64,000 nt of DNA from Ascoidea asiatica JCM 7603 (GCA_001600695.1 BCKQ01000009.1:601846-665845); one strand, 5' to 3'. Shown: positions 9,755 through 23,261, counted from the stretch's first letter. The notes: generated by a model not told the origin, from the sequence alone. Translations and numbers: made by a program.

Positions 9755-12700
9755 TATAATAAATAATATGAAACTAAAATTTGGAAGAATATATAAGAAA
9801 TAAATCTTTGTAAGTATAATAAAAGTATTATTATTGTTAAGTGTATAATTATAAGTTGAATTATGATTATTGAATTAAAAACAAAATTGAGATTTAAAAA
9901 GAATGAAAGAAAAAAAAATCCAAAGAATAAATTTGAATATTTCGAAGGGAATCGTTATAAATATATATAATAAATAAAAATTGAAAAAATCTTGTTAATT
10001 AAATGATTTAGATAATCTAGAAATAAATATAATAGTGGTTAAGTAAGTGAATATGTATAGTGAGGGAGGATAAAAAAGAAAAATGTTATGTAAAATCAAG
10101 TAAAATCTTGATATGTTTTCAAAAAAATAAAATATTTTTCCAAATAATCTAATACTGACAATTAGCTGTAATGGTAGCAGTAGTATTCTTTTACACTACG
10201 GTAATTTTGATCCATCATATTTGATATCAAGCACTAGGCGTAATAATTTCAATAGCGTGCTGTAGATAAAATAAAGTTGATCGACTACTCCACCACTATG
10301 TCTAACAACGTTAAGTGTTAGGTGAAAAAAATCAGACTTATGTACTTAAGATCTTGAAGAATGAATGTTTGTATTATTTTCTGATATTGCTATATATCAA
10401 AATATTTCTCACAAATTTGTAAGGAAATTTAAAAAGTAATTATAATTTTAATTATAGATATAAATATTTCATTCTGGTTGTATATTTGCAAATCTGCAGT
10501 ATAGTAAAGTATCATCTGGACTTGGGTTTCTGAAAAAATAATAATTAATTATATCTGAGATTAAAACTGTATTTACAAAGATAAATCTCTATGAGGGTTA
10601 AATTTAACGAAATTCAAAAATCAGAACACCTTCAAAAATTTTTTATAAAGTGCTTTTAAGAATTTATTTTATAAATTAAACAAAGTAGAAAACTTTCACA
10701 ATACTGTCTTTGGCCGATTAATATTGTTAATTATGACATTAATGATAATAATAAAAATAATAATATTCCTATCAAATATAATTGAAGGAATGTAATCAAA
10801 TGCATGTTATATAGCTCAAAATCAGTTAAATTTCATAACATTTCAATTTAAAGTCCGTTGTTTAGCACAGTACAAAAATTTGTAGCCAATAATACCCATC
10901 GATTTCCAACAAAAATGGATATAAGAATAATTTATCAAAAATTAGATAAACCTGAAAAATTCCAAGAATAGGGCTTCATTATCACTATAAAATTTGATTG
11001 TATTAGAGCTTAGTATATGAAATATTTTTTATGAAAAGTTTTATTTGTTAAAACTACTGTTAACGTTACAGCCAATCAATATTTTGGAGATAGCGATCTT
11101 CATACATTTATGTCAATAGAATTAAAAGCTTAAAGCCGCAATTAAATGCACCTTTCCAACAGTTTTTCTGTTGCTTACACGTATATTAACATTTTTGTTA
11201 TTAGTTAATTGTTTCTTCTGAAACAACGGTGATTGGTTCAGCTCCATTTTTCAACTATTAACGTTCGTAAAAACATATTTATATTGATAAATTTATCGCT
11301 GATAATTAGGTTGAGTCAATTGATATTCGTGTTGGTTAAGCATTAGATTACTCGAGCTCCCTTAAGTTTAGCATAGGCTAAGCTCGGTCAATTAATTGCA
11401 TGATAATTACATTAATTATTTAAGAGTCTCTAATACACAGCATAAAACTGTAAAGTACAGTTGGCATTCTTACATTTATTTTACAGTGTTTTGCTGTATA
11501 CAAAGAAACAGTGCAACCACTTTGAGAAAATTGCTCCGAATCTGGTTTTGAATTTCTATTTATATTGGTGATCGAAAGCTTAAAAGTTCCAATTAGTAAA
11601 AGAATAAATTGTAGGTGGTTCTTGATTAAAAAGTTACCAGTTTTTATTATATTTATTTCAGTAGATAAAACACGCTAAAAACGTGTTACTTTCTGTTTTG
11701 TTAACTATTTATTAAACAATAGCTAATGTTGAAAGATTTTTGATTCAATTGATTGATTATGATAGTATTCATATATAAATGAATTTGGTTATGACAATAA
11801 TGGAAAATACCACCACCACCTAAGTTAAGCTTGTTCACCTAAGAATATGAGGTGAACAAAAATTAAAAAATGAAATATTTATAATTAATTTCAATTGCTT
11901 TTGTAATTTAATTAATTTTGAGTGTGTGTAGATGAATATAGAAAAGAGTTTCCTTAAATAGATAACAAATTTTGATTTTATTTATAATTTTCTAATTCTA
12001 CCGTATATTATATGCTTCTTTCAGTGGCATTCGTAGAAATAATTACCATCGAGAAAGCTTATAATTTGATTATCCTTATTCCTTATATGTTTCAAGCTGA
12101 ATATAATATGTACTATGGTGGTTAATAAACCAACAGATATGAAATACAGTAAATTTTTTTTCTTTTCATATTCTAAAAAAAAACAAAATTGTAAAGATCC
12201 CCATCTGTAGTTTTATTCCATCTACGATTTTATGTATTATGTAATACAGTCACGAAGAAGATTACTAAAGCATTTTCTAACCTCAGCTTTATAATGCCAC
12301 TGAAATTCATTTTTAATAGTATAAGATAGATTTTTCAGCATAAAAAAGAAAACTGTTCAATTGTAGGATCCGGCTAATCTAATCATAAAAAATATTAAAG
12401 TTTCAAACTGGATTTTAAAGATATTATAAAACAATTGCTGAATTGATATTTTATACTATTATAATTTATCAAGTCTTTTAAATACAATTAAATTGAAAAA
12501 AAAATATATTCAAATATGACTTATTGCAATTGCTATTTGCCTTAAAATAATAATTATTTCAAAATTTTAGACATCCCTTTTTGACTCATGTTATTGTAAT
12601 TATAATTTGATTTTTATTCATTCGGAAATAAATTTTCAAATAAAGCAATGGCAGTTTAAAAATGGAAACATGGGAAACTTCATGATCGTTTTTTGATATT

Positions 12701-14381
12701 TCAAGAATATCTTACACAATATATTCATATTTCTAAAATTATCAAATTCGACAAACAAACGTTTTTTTTTTTACTTTTTATATAGAAAATTTGAATCTTT
12801 TATTTTTTTTATGTTAATTGTTTTTGAAAAAGCGAACCAAAAATAAGCATACGTATTTCATTTTTTTTTCCTTGGGGATTCAAGCAGAATGATATAAAAG
12901 TTTTATTATATTTATTGTAATCGCAAAATTGGTCTTTATCTTGAAATCAATCTTTTCAGGTTAAGCCCGCTTAAAGAAAAAACTGATAAAACTGGACAGG
13001 CTAAATAGCAAATTATAGACTTATAATTGAATTGCGTTAGACACCCGTAGTAAATTTCAGTTATGTCGTTAAAGAAAAATAATTATTAAATATAAACTTA
13101 AGATGAGCCTATTACTTGTGTTTTTTTCTTTTTGTTGTTATTATGGCACCACTCTAACTTTTGTTCATAATATTTTTCAAGTTTTGATTTATTTCAAAAT
13201 ATTTTTATATTAAAAATATATTCAAAAACTCTCAAATTTATCTTGAATCATTAAAACTGAGACAATTTCAAAATCTTATTTGAGAAAAAAATTTCAATGA
13301 AAAGATAATTTATCTATAAAGTATAGAGAAACAAAGAAGCCACTTTGATATTTGATACTTGTTTTTCATCATTTGCTTGTTCTTATATTACAGACATTTT
13401 TTATTAAAAAATGAAAATGAAAGCTGTTGTGAAAAATTACTATATCAATTTAGTAAATTTTGGATAAAACGGTTTGACTAGAACCTTACTATTATGTAGG
13501 GTGGACTATCCCTAATATCTTTCAGACTAAAATTCTACTTCAAGTCATTAATTGCCATTAATATTGAAATAATTTATCAATATACTATATTTTTATGTAT
13601 TGTGCCGACTAATATTAAAGATATATTGAGAAAATCTTCTTAAATTAAGTACTTTTCAGTGTAAATAACTTCAATTCAAGGGGGGTGAGATGCATATCGG
13701 TCTTTAATTGGTCAGATTGTAGAAAAATGGTAGTTAAGGTTCAAACTTTTAAAGTAAGCCCCTTAAACCAAAGGAGATATATCTAACCGCTTTTTCAACA
13801 GCTTTTGATTTATTCTCTTAAAAAAATAATTTAAGAGGTTAAAGTGGTTTGAGGTATCAATACTTATCAACCTCAAAATTATACAACAATTACTGAAAAT
13901 TTTTGGTAACTGCCCAAGAAGTTGCGGGAGGCTTCTGAATTGGCTGTACAGATCAAGATATTGAAAATGATGATGATTCTTAATTATATGGAATATAATT
14001 ACGAATCAACTAAAATAAGTAAAAAATACTTAAAAATAAAAGTAAATGTGTATTTGAGACGTAGATTAAAAGCAAAACGTATGTAGTAAGTTTTTGAATA
14101 AAATCTTCGCTCAGAAAGAAAAGTAAAACTTGAAATCTTTCTAGAAAAAATTTTGAAGTTACTTATCGTAAATAAAAAAGACTGAAAAGACAGTAAGGAT
14201 AAAATAAAAAATTGTAAAGAAGGAAATGTGTGAGTCAAAATAAGGTCAACGTATAATTTTTGATAAAAAATAAAATTGGATGCTCTTGCAGAAAGTAAAA
14301 AGTAATTTTAAAAAAAGTAATATTGGAAAAATTGCAGGACTGCATTTTTGGTGAGTAAAAAAAATATTTAAGGAAACCAAT

Positions 14382-16152
14382 TTAATTTTTAATTGTTTGA
14401 TTTAACTTGACATATATATATTCAAGCTTGAACAATTCTCTTGGAATGATGAAAAATAGTTTTATAGCTTGTGCTCTAGATTGATGTTGATTAGTTGATT
14501 GATTTGATTGAAAAAACAATTGCATAACTGCTGAAAAAGTTTTTGAAGGTACAACTAATATCCAAGATTCACGATGATGTTTATTATCAGGATATCTGAT
14601 ATAATACAAAACCTTTTTGGGATTGATATATGGGCGAAGGAAAATGTCTGATTTCTTCTTGTTTCCATTTTTTGTAAATGAGAATGTAATTCATCAGATA
14701 CCTTGAAGGGTGCAATTTTAAATCCAGGATTGATTTGATCTGAAAGTGTTTTGATTTTATATGAAACAGAATAACGGAAAGCTCTATTATTTAAAATAAA
14801 AGCAGTAATACTTTTTATGCAAATCTTAAAGACTTTTGAATAATTAATAGTTGGAGCATGGTTAGATTCATGCTTATATTACAGGCCATAAATCAATTAT
14901 AATATATGATAATAAAACCCACCAAGGATAAAAGGGATATTAATAGAATTATTACAATATCTGATGTTAGATTGGTTCACTGATAGTGGTTCGTCAATTT
15001 CATTTTTTCTCAGTTGAAGAATAACATCGATATTATCAGATTTATGTTTTGCACCATAAAATATGCACAATCCATATCCATTAACACTAACTAAAACACT
15101 AACTTCAATGTCATAATAGAACATCCACCCAAAATGTTTACAATCATTTGCAGATTTTGAAAAGATTTCAATCATTTGATCATATTGATAGTTAACCTCT
15201 GATATGATTAGTGAAATATTTTCATCACTTTTTAATTTATCCATTCAAGGCATAAATTTAACTTTAATTGCTTTGAAAATTGATTTAGTTGAATCTATTT
15301 CAACTTCTACTACACCCTCAAGCATATGCGTATCAACTAGTGTCTTGACATCACTCATTTCTTCAACAGTATATCTAATATTTAAAGATTCCTTGTCTTT
15401 ACAAACCCCCTTTGTTGAAATCTGGAGAAATAACCGGCGCATCAAAGTTTAACATATATGGAATATCATCATCTGAAATATGAATAATGTTACTATCTTC
15501 CTGCTGAATGGTATCAATACTATTTTTATTAATTATTAAAATATATGGGCAGAGAGTGAATCTCGCTCAGGATTAGAAAGAGGAGGAAACATAAGTTTCG
15601 GTTCAGGATCAATTTCAAAACCGGAGGATGAAGCGTTATTATCTGGAGAGGTTGTCGACGTTGAAATATGTTTGATAAAAAATAATGAGGATGCAGAATT
15701 GTTGTTTAACTTGAAATTTGCTTGTTAAGACATCATGAAGATGTAGAATTTGATGTTCATGTTGAACTTTGTTGATCAATTTTCGACAATTTTAAAGCAT
15801 GGGTTGTAGAAGAATGAGCTATAGTTGAAACATTATTGATTGAACCAATCGTATCAGGATTAGTGGGCGTAAATTGTGTTGAAGGTGATTTAGTTGAATT
15901 AGTTGCGTTAAATGCATTGGATGCATTAGAGGCATTAGAGGCATTAAATGAGTTAGATGATTTAGAAGAATTAGGTAAATAAGTTCAGTTACTTGCGTTA
16001 GTTGAATTAGTTAAATCAGCTGACATATTTGTATTGGCTGAATTAGTTAAATTAGTAATATTAGTTGAATTGATTTTATTAGTTAAGTTACTTAAGTTAG
16101 TTTCGTTAGTTAAGTTAGTTATGTTAGTTGAGTTAGTTGAGCTAGTTAATAT
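14382..16152 (-). pseudogene. Pseudogene of ~590 codons, unknown family, with N-terminal (S/L/A)-T/S-N repeats
   Basis: ORFs 15245-15445 and 14897-15244 are in frame and separated by one TGA. Protein-like reading continues on both sides with further stops and frameshifts. A 9-bp repeat tract spans ~15890-16150. Confidence 0.65.
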
Positions 16153-19100
16153 TTTTAACAATTATTAAATGATATTAATTTATTTGATAGCTGTAATTGA
16201 TTTTTAGATTGATTATTTAAACTGTTTTGTTAGTTCGTTTTATTTTTTTGTGAAAATTTTGCAGTAGATGCATATGTGGTAAATATGAATTATATTGATA
16301 TGGAAATTGAATCACGGGACCTTTCGTTTTTTGGGGGTTGGAAAAGGGAGGTCTGAAAGATCATGTTAGGGGTTAAGTATTGACAACTCATAAACGAGAG
16401 TCAAATGGTTTAAGTATGGAACCTAAACCTGGAGCAGGTTCTGCTACATAACATGAATTTTGGATCTGCGCAATTAAAATAATAATAAAAATAGTAATAA
16501 TAATTATAATAATAATAACAAAATCAAAAGAATAATAATAGTAGCAGTCAGTGAAACATGCTTGGAATTGGCTGAAGCCTTTTTAAAATGAAAAATTTGA
16601 ATTTTGAATTCAAACCAAAAACCTAACTTCAACGTAAGTCAGGTGGTCAAATTAATTACTTATCAGAAATGAATTGTACACTGTACAAAATATAAATGTA
16701 CGTCTGAATTTTATATTAATATTATGATAAATAAATAAAATAGATCTGGACATGCTTCTACTATTACTTTAGTCATGAAATATGATTAATATTAGTACAA
16801 TAATTGTAGTTACAAAAGAAAAGTAACTAAAGCATTATTTTGAAATTAATTTATTTCCGTTGCTATAGAAACTTTTCATCATACTTCATTTCCGACACCC
16901 GACACCCAACACCCAATTACTTCACCTTTTAATGAGTGAAATAATAAACAAGCATTAAAAATTTTAATTAGTTTTATTTGTACTTGTAGATTTGTTGCTA
17001 TTTGTAATTTTTGAACAGTAATGATAAGGCCAATGTTATTTCGATTGTTAATGGCGGCTACTTTCAAGAAAGGAAATAATATCCTCACCATACTTCCAAG
17101 AATTGAGCTACTCAGTGCAATACTGTAAGTTCGTCTCTGTGACAGCAGGTTTAGTTGTGCTTCGGTAAAAAGTCCTTTGTGTTTTATTAAAAAGTTCCAG
17201 TGTTATTTAACACTAAAACTTTGACTTAATTTACACTTTGTATAACTTCAAGCGGTATTTCAAACTTTTTCTGAATTATTTAAGACATGGATATGCCTAA
17301 TTGAGTAGTCTCTTGAAATGCCACCATAATAAATTATCAACTATTCTTCAATTTATCTGAATTTCAGTTCAATTTAAATAATTCTATATTCGTTGTAAGG
17401 GTAACAAAGTAAATACTTCTTTCCTTTTTCTAACACGCAAGTCTTAAGCAGCCTTTTAAAGATTACCATTTAGTAACGTCACTCGAAATATTCAATGAGC
17501 GCCATTCGCAATATTTTACAGCCATCTTGTCAAAGCAATTTCTTTAATTGAATGGCGTATTTTTCTATTTTACTATATTGAAAAAAAGAATTGAAATGAT
17601 TATCAATCAAAATCCACTGTACCAAAGAAAAAAGAAATTATTTAGAAGTTCCTAAAATAAAAATGGCTTGTAAGCTCATTTAATAATGGATTCTCCGAAT
17701 CTTTTTAGTTCTAAATTCGCGGAGTTCTGAATTGAATACCTTATCAACACTTATAATTTAACAACCTGATAAGAGTTTCCAGTAGCGATAACTTCTTTTT
17801 TTAATTGAATTGAATTCTTAACTTTAAGCAAAAGCTTTTTAAAAAAAAAGAGCTTTTTACAAAAAAAATTATTTAAATTTAAAGTACTTCAAAAAAATTA
17901 ACCACACTTTTCCTTAATGACTTCTCTTTGGGAATAATTTTGGTTTCCTGAGAGATATGTTATTTTTGGAGTATTTTTAATAATATTCTTCAAACCTGTT
18001 TCAATGGTGGTATCGACTTCAGGAAAATTAAATTCAAAAAAAAAATTAATTGGAAGGCTAAATAACATGTGGTTTGGAATTTATAAATAAAAATAAAAAA
18101 AATTCGAAACGTGATCTTTTCAATGATTGTTTTAATTGTTTTAAGAATAAAAAATATGAATAAATTATATTTATCAATGTATATTAACTGTATACATATA
18201 TTTTTTATACGATTAACCATTTTTCTTCTAGCTCAAAAGTTTAAACAGACGTTACCGAGTCATACTACATATATGTATTTATATGTGTTAGGTGCAGCTG
18301 GGGTTTTTAGGACTCAATGTTAGGTGTGGGTTAGACATAACTTTTTTTTCCACCATTTTCTGAAAGCGCATATTATTTCAGGTTTGCGTTTCTGGTTTTA
18401 TTTCCAAAAATGAATATTTTTTATTTAAAGATGAAAAAAAAAATATATTTGAGAAGCGATGCAACAATTAATGAACAAACTCATTTATATTTACGTTGAT
18501 TGATATTAAACAAACTAACAGAGTCAATTCCCAAATCAAAAATATAAATATAAATTAAATGTTGTTTTTGATTTCACATTCCTCGTGAAAAGTTTATTAA
18601 ATTTTAATGAGAGGGTAAAAAAAACCGTTGTAAAGTGCACTTGAGCATGCATATTAAAGTATAAATTGAGATATTATTTCTGTAATTAAGTGTGATTAAC
18701 TGTGATTAGTTATAATTTACCAACAATCAACAATTTATTTCAATCAAGTCAATTTCTTTTGTCCCCCCTAGTTACCATCCAGTACCTCAGCAACCATATA
18801 AATATATACTGCAGCTAAGATCTACTTCAAATCCAGTTTCGATCCATTTGAAATTCAGTTTAAAACCCATACCAGTAATGTTAGTGATAAAAGATTTACT
18901 ACTGTACTGCATTTGAAAACTGAAATTTCAAAGTTACAAATTTAGATTTGTAACAAGATAAATTTCTCAACCACTTAAGAATTTGTAGCCTTCAATTTCT
19001 TGCCACTCATTTGAATAGCCAGTTTCATAAACCTAACCCACGGTATATTTGAACATTCAAGATACATCACGTGAAACTGCAAAAGAAGAACATAAATAAT

Positions 19101-20241
19101 AGTTTTTCTGTTTTATGCCCTTCGAATCCCGTGCTATTTCAACAAAATTGGTAACCAAGGCAAATAAAATAAATCTCTATTGGGATTGAATTGAAACTTA
19201 ACAGAAATTTGGGTTGAAAGTTGTATGATTATCTAAATTGAATTGAGGTAACATTATGAGAATAAAATGATATTCACATTTACATTTTATTTACATTTAA
19301 ATTTGTATTCTCTTGAATTGATTAACATTGACTAATATTTATTTTCTTTCATTAAGTTGAATTATCAATTAATTTGTAATTAATAAATATCAAAAGAAAC
19401 CACAAATATTATGAAAATCATGAAGATCATCACTGTATCTAATAAAAAATATTTGAAATATTAAAATCGGTTTACTCTTTAGCTATTCATAGAACATCAA
19501 GTCGAGAACAAAAAAAGGACAATAAAAACAGTAAAACTATTGTTTTAAAGGAGTATCATTTGAAATATTTTAATTTGCCAAGAGTTTTAACTAGATTCAT
19601 CATTAAATAATGTTTTGCATTATATAATTGTTGGGTTTGAATTTTAGCTATATAATTGCCTTGATTTCTTTCTTCTTGAAATTGAATGGCAGTCAAACAA
19701 TTGGAAATACAATTGAAACAAAAAAAAAAGCAAATGATGATAATATTTTGTATTTTCTTTCAATCTAAAACTAGCACAACCCTTTAAGAAATAGAAGGTA
19801 TTGATGTCCATAAGACTACAATTAATTTTACTGTGATATGCTAATTATCGAGGAATATTTTTTTTTTACATCGGGTTTAGTATGTAAGATTTGACATGAT
19901 TAACATAATTTTGCAGATGATCCTCTTTTTGATTTTCATTGGATTTTTCATTTATTAATGAAACAAACTAATTTTTTTCTACAAAAAATAAAAACCAGAG
20001 AGAATCATTGAACAAAAAAACTTTGAAGTGAAAAAATCGTCTAATCTGAAAATCGGCTACTTTTATTTTTATTATTTGAAAATCAAAATTCAAACTAAAA
20101 CAATAATTTATATTGAAAAAGTAAACTTAATAATAAAATAATAGATAAAAAATAAAAAGAATAATATATTTATATAATTTTAAAAATTTTGGAACAAAAA
20201 AATCATTCATAAATTAGAAAGAAAATTAAAAAGAAATTTAT

Positions 20242-20769
20242 TTAAAATCCAGATTTTTTAGTTGGATCAGATGTACCAGAGAAACCAGAATTTGTACCAG
20301 TGGTACCAGTACCAGTACCAGTACCAGTAGTACCAGATGAAGTACCAGAAATAGCATCATTAACGTAATTTTTAGCAGCTTCAACATATTCTGAAGCAGT
20401 ATCTAAAACACCTTTATTATTAGTTGCTGATCCTGTTCCTGTAGTTGATGAAGATGTTCCTTTATTTAATTCATTTCTAGTATTTTCATATGTTTGTTGG
20501 ATTTTATCACCAGCTTGTTGACTATATGATTTTTGATTTGTTGGTTGTCCTTTAGATCCAAGTTTATCAGCACCATCAGTTACTGATTCATATGCTTTTT
20601 CACCGAACCCTTTTTGAGAATTTGGTTTAACAGCTTCTGATGCTTTATCGGTAAAACTTTTTCTTCCAACTAATGAGTAAATGAAAAGTATGTTAGTATT
20701 TTATCTTATTTTATTTAATAAGCAATCCGTACACTTTAAGAATATTATGATATACTTACTGTCTGACAT
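20242..20769 (-). CDS. HSP12: Hsp12/Hsp9 family hydrophilin, 145 aa, two exons (20769-20760 and 20669-20242)
   Basis: ATGTCAGACA|GTAAGT (20759-20754), TACTAAC (20698-20692), TAG| ending 20670. Spliced product MSDIGRKSFTDKASEAVKPNSQKGFGEKAYESVTDGADK...DTASEYVEAAK; 438 nt in frame. Confidence 0.93.
20670..20759 (-). other. 90-nt spliceosomal intron of HSP12
   Basis: GTAAGT donor, TACTAAC branch point, TAG acceptor; removal restores the Hsp12 N-terminus. Confidence 0.92.
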
Positions 20770-21619
20770 TTTTCTAATAATAATTGAATTTGGCTTTAGT
20801 ATTCTTGTTTGCATATAGAGAGGAGGTTGATATTAATTTTGTATTATTCTAAAAATTTATTTAAACTTAAATGAATAATATATATAATAATTGATAATAA
20901 TTAAAAAAGAATTAAAATTAATCAAAAGAATAAAATGGAATCATTCACTATTTATATTATTTTTTGAGCTAAAAAAAATAGTATTTCAGACAAAGATTCA
21001 ATTCAATAATTTCAAAAAAACTTTCAAGATTCCAGAATGTGAGAAGGTTTCAAAGATTCAATTTTCAGATGATGAATAGCAATAAAACATGATAATAAGC
21101 TGACTTAGGTTATGTTTAATTTTTTTTGAGCTCCAATTGATCATCAAAATACTACAAATTATCTCTACTCCATGTTCTATTATTGCTCTTCTCCAAATAT
21201 CAATTGCAGCCAATACCATTGAATAAATTCGAAGATTGCTACTTTTCAATAAAGTTTGCTATGAAAAATATCCAAGTTGTGATTTTGCAAAATTAAATCG
21301 CTAAAATTGAAATTTAATATCCAATCAAAAAGGAGATTTCAAACATCATCTTCTTGAAACTAAACCCAAGAGCGAATGATCCATCCTCTTTGATGAACTT
21401 ACGAAACTTATTTTTCACTTGATTGCTCGAATTTATCGACCACCAAAAAAAGCCTAGTCTATTTGACATAATTGACATATGTAAAACTTCAGCAATGTAT
21501 TTCAACTCTCATAAGTTTTATATTTTTTGCTAGTTAGCTCTGTGACGTTATCTTTTGCATATGTGATAAAATCTTCTGAGATTCTGTCACAGAAAAACCA
21601 CTCCAGATTTCGGAAAACA

Positions 21620-21627
21620 TGACGTAA
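21620..21627. promoter_or_regulatory. CRE/ATF (Sko1-type) site in the HSP12/DSE2-like divergent promoter
   Basis: TGACGTAA; a second TGACGT at ~21543. Confidence 0.4.
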
Positions 21628-22223
21628 GCATATCCATAAAAATGGTCTTCAAAAATTATAAACCCATAACAATGGTATATGCGTTTTTTCACATTGTATT
21701 GCGCATATAATAGCCCGTCTTTTTTTTTAGGAAATTACCAGCTTTAAAAACGATCTGAATTTCATGGCTTTGTTATTGATGGCTAGCTATCCTGGCTAAC
21801 TCATAAGCGTGTTGTGGTAACGAAAAGACAAGGTACCACTAATTTTTCAGATTATTTCAAGATTAATTGTTTTATTGCAATTTCCAAGCTCGTTTAGGAT
21901 TGAAATTATAATAAATTAGGAAAATGAATGAGATATCTTGGGTTAGATATGCATGAGATTTATGAACATCTGAGGTTCAATTTGTGAAAAATGGATATAA
22001 GACAGCTGGCTAATAATGTGCAGAAATTGAATCTCTAGAGATTTTTCTTTTAAAAATAAATTCAAAATTAGTTATAAGATGGTTCGATTGGCGTTCTTTT
22101 TTTATTTATTTTTTCTTGAAGTTTTACTTTACAAAATTTAAGAAAATATAATATTTTTTTGACATCAAAAGATCTATAATAATTGCTAATTATTGACATA
22201 TTATTTTTAAAAACAATTTCATT

Positions 22224-23261
22224 ATGAGAACTTATCTATTAACTAAAATAATTCCTGCTATTTTTTTATATTTTAGTAAGAATGCTTTTTCTGCTCCTCT
22301 TCCCAATAATAATGAAAACTATGTTACTACTGCTTATACAACTGGATATACCACAGTTTTAACTATGGAACATGGTGTAACAGTTACTTCAACATGCTAT
22401 TATACAACAGAAATGATAACCAAAACATCAAAACTTTCCGATACCACCACAATAGTTTATGTATATGAAGATGATGATGATGATGATGATGATTCCAGTT
22501 CTCTTTCCTCAGAGGACTATGAAACTACGCCTTCTTTAAAAACCGATTCTTCAAAAACTACTCAAATTTCTGAAACTGAAAGTTATTCCACTATTACTAC
22601 AACTGAGTCAGACTTGTTAGAGACAGAAAGTGTAGCTTCAAATACATCTGATTCATCTTCTTCTACTTCCTCGAAATCTATAACTGTTCTTTCTAGATCT
22701 CATAAACATTCCCATGCTTCGCTATCTACTGATATTTCTGTTGAATCGGAAGTTGAATCTTCTTCAAGTATTATCTCATCTTCTATAATATCCTCAAATT
22801 TAGCCCATGTAACTCCAGAAGCTAGTACAAATACTTATATGATTGATATTAGCACAGACTTTGACCTTGCTACAACATTATCCGAAGATTCAATATCATC
22901 TGCTTCCTTTTCTAATCAAACGGAGGCTTCCACTACTACTTTTATGGAATCATTAGCCACTTCTTCATCTTCTCCCATTGGCTCTAAGATGGTAACATCA
23001 CGAACACAAAGTTCAGAGTCTTCAAGCTATGAAAGTTCTATGACTGAAGATGAAACCTTTTATACCACAGCTACAGACGATGGAATATGCTATTTGATTA
23101 GTGAAGAAGATTCTCAATATTTTTTTAACGATTATGTTCAAACTATTTATATGCATTCTGATTATACCAGTACAGGATCTTTACTTTATGAAAGTTCTTT
23201 TACCCCAGATTATACTGTAACATCTACAAGTACAATTCAAGTTACCGTTACTCTTGATTAA
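22224..23261 (+). CDS. Secreted Ser/Thr-rich cell-wall protein, Dse2-like
   Basis: Signal peptide, S/T-rich body, no GPI tail. IVYVYE, DDGICYL and terminal TVTSTSTIQVTVTL resemble the remembered S. cerevisiae Dse2 sequence. Confidence 0.8.
   Translation: MRTYLLTKIIPAIFLYFSKNAFSAPLPNNNENYVTTAYTTGYTTVLTMEHGVTVTSTCYYTTEMITKTSKLSDTTTIVYVYEDDDDDDDDSSSLSSEDYETTPSLKTDSSKTTQISETESYSTITTTESDLLETESVASNTSDSSSSTSSKSITVLSRSHKHSHASLSTDISVESEVESSSSIISSSIISSNLAHVTPEASTNTYMIDISTDFDLATTLSEDSISSASFSNQTEASTTTFMESLATSSSSPIGSKMVTSRTQSSESSSYESSMTEDETFYTTATDDGICYLISEEDSQYFFNDYVQTIYMHSDYTSTGSLLYESSFTPDYTVTSTSTIQVTVTLD

Noticed and set aside
11831-18954. Short perfect hairpins at 11831-11859, 13848-13877 and 18933-18954 as MITE or Helitron ends
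   Set aside because: Stems of 8-10 bp are near chance expectation in AT-rich DNA, are unrelated to each other, and lack target-site duplications or CTRR ends.
19066-19073. ATCACGTG as CDEI of a point centromere
   Set aside because: Not followed by a >90% AT CDEII tract and a CCG-containing CDEIII; more likely a lone E-box.
20891-21505. Short ORFs between HSP12 and the Dse2-like gene
   Set aside because: Non-ATG starts, no consistent frame or recognisable motif; treated as promoter DNA.
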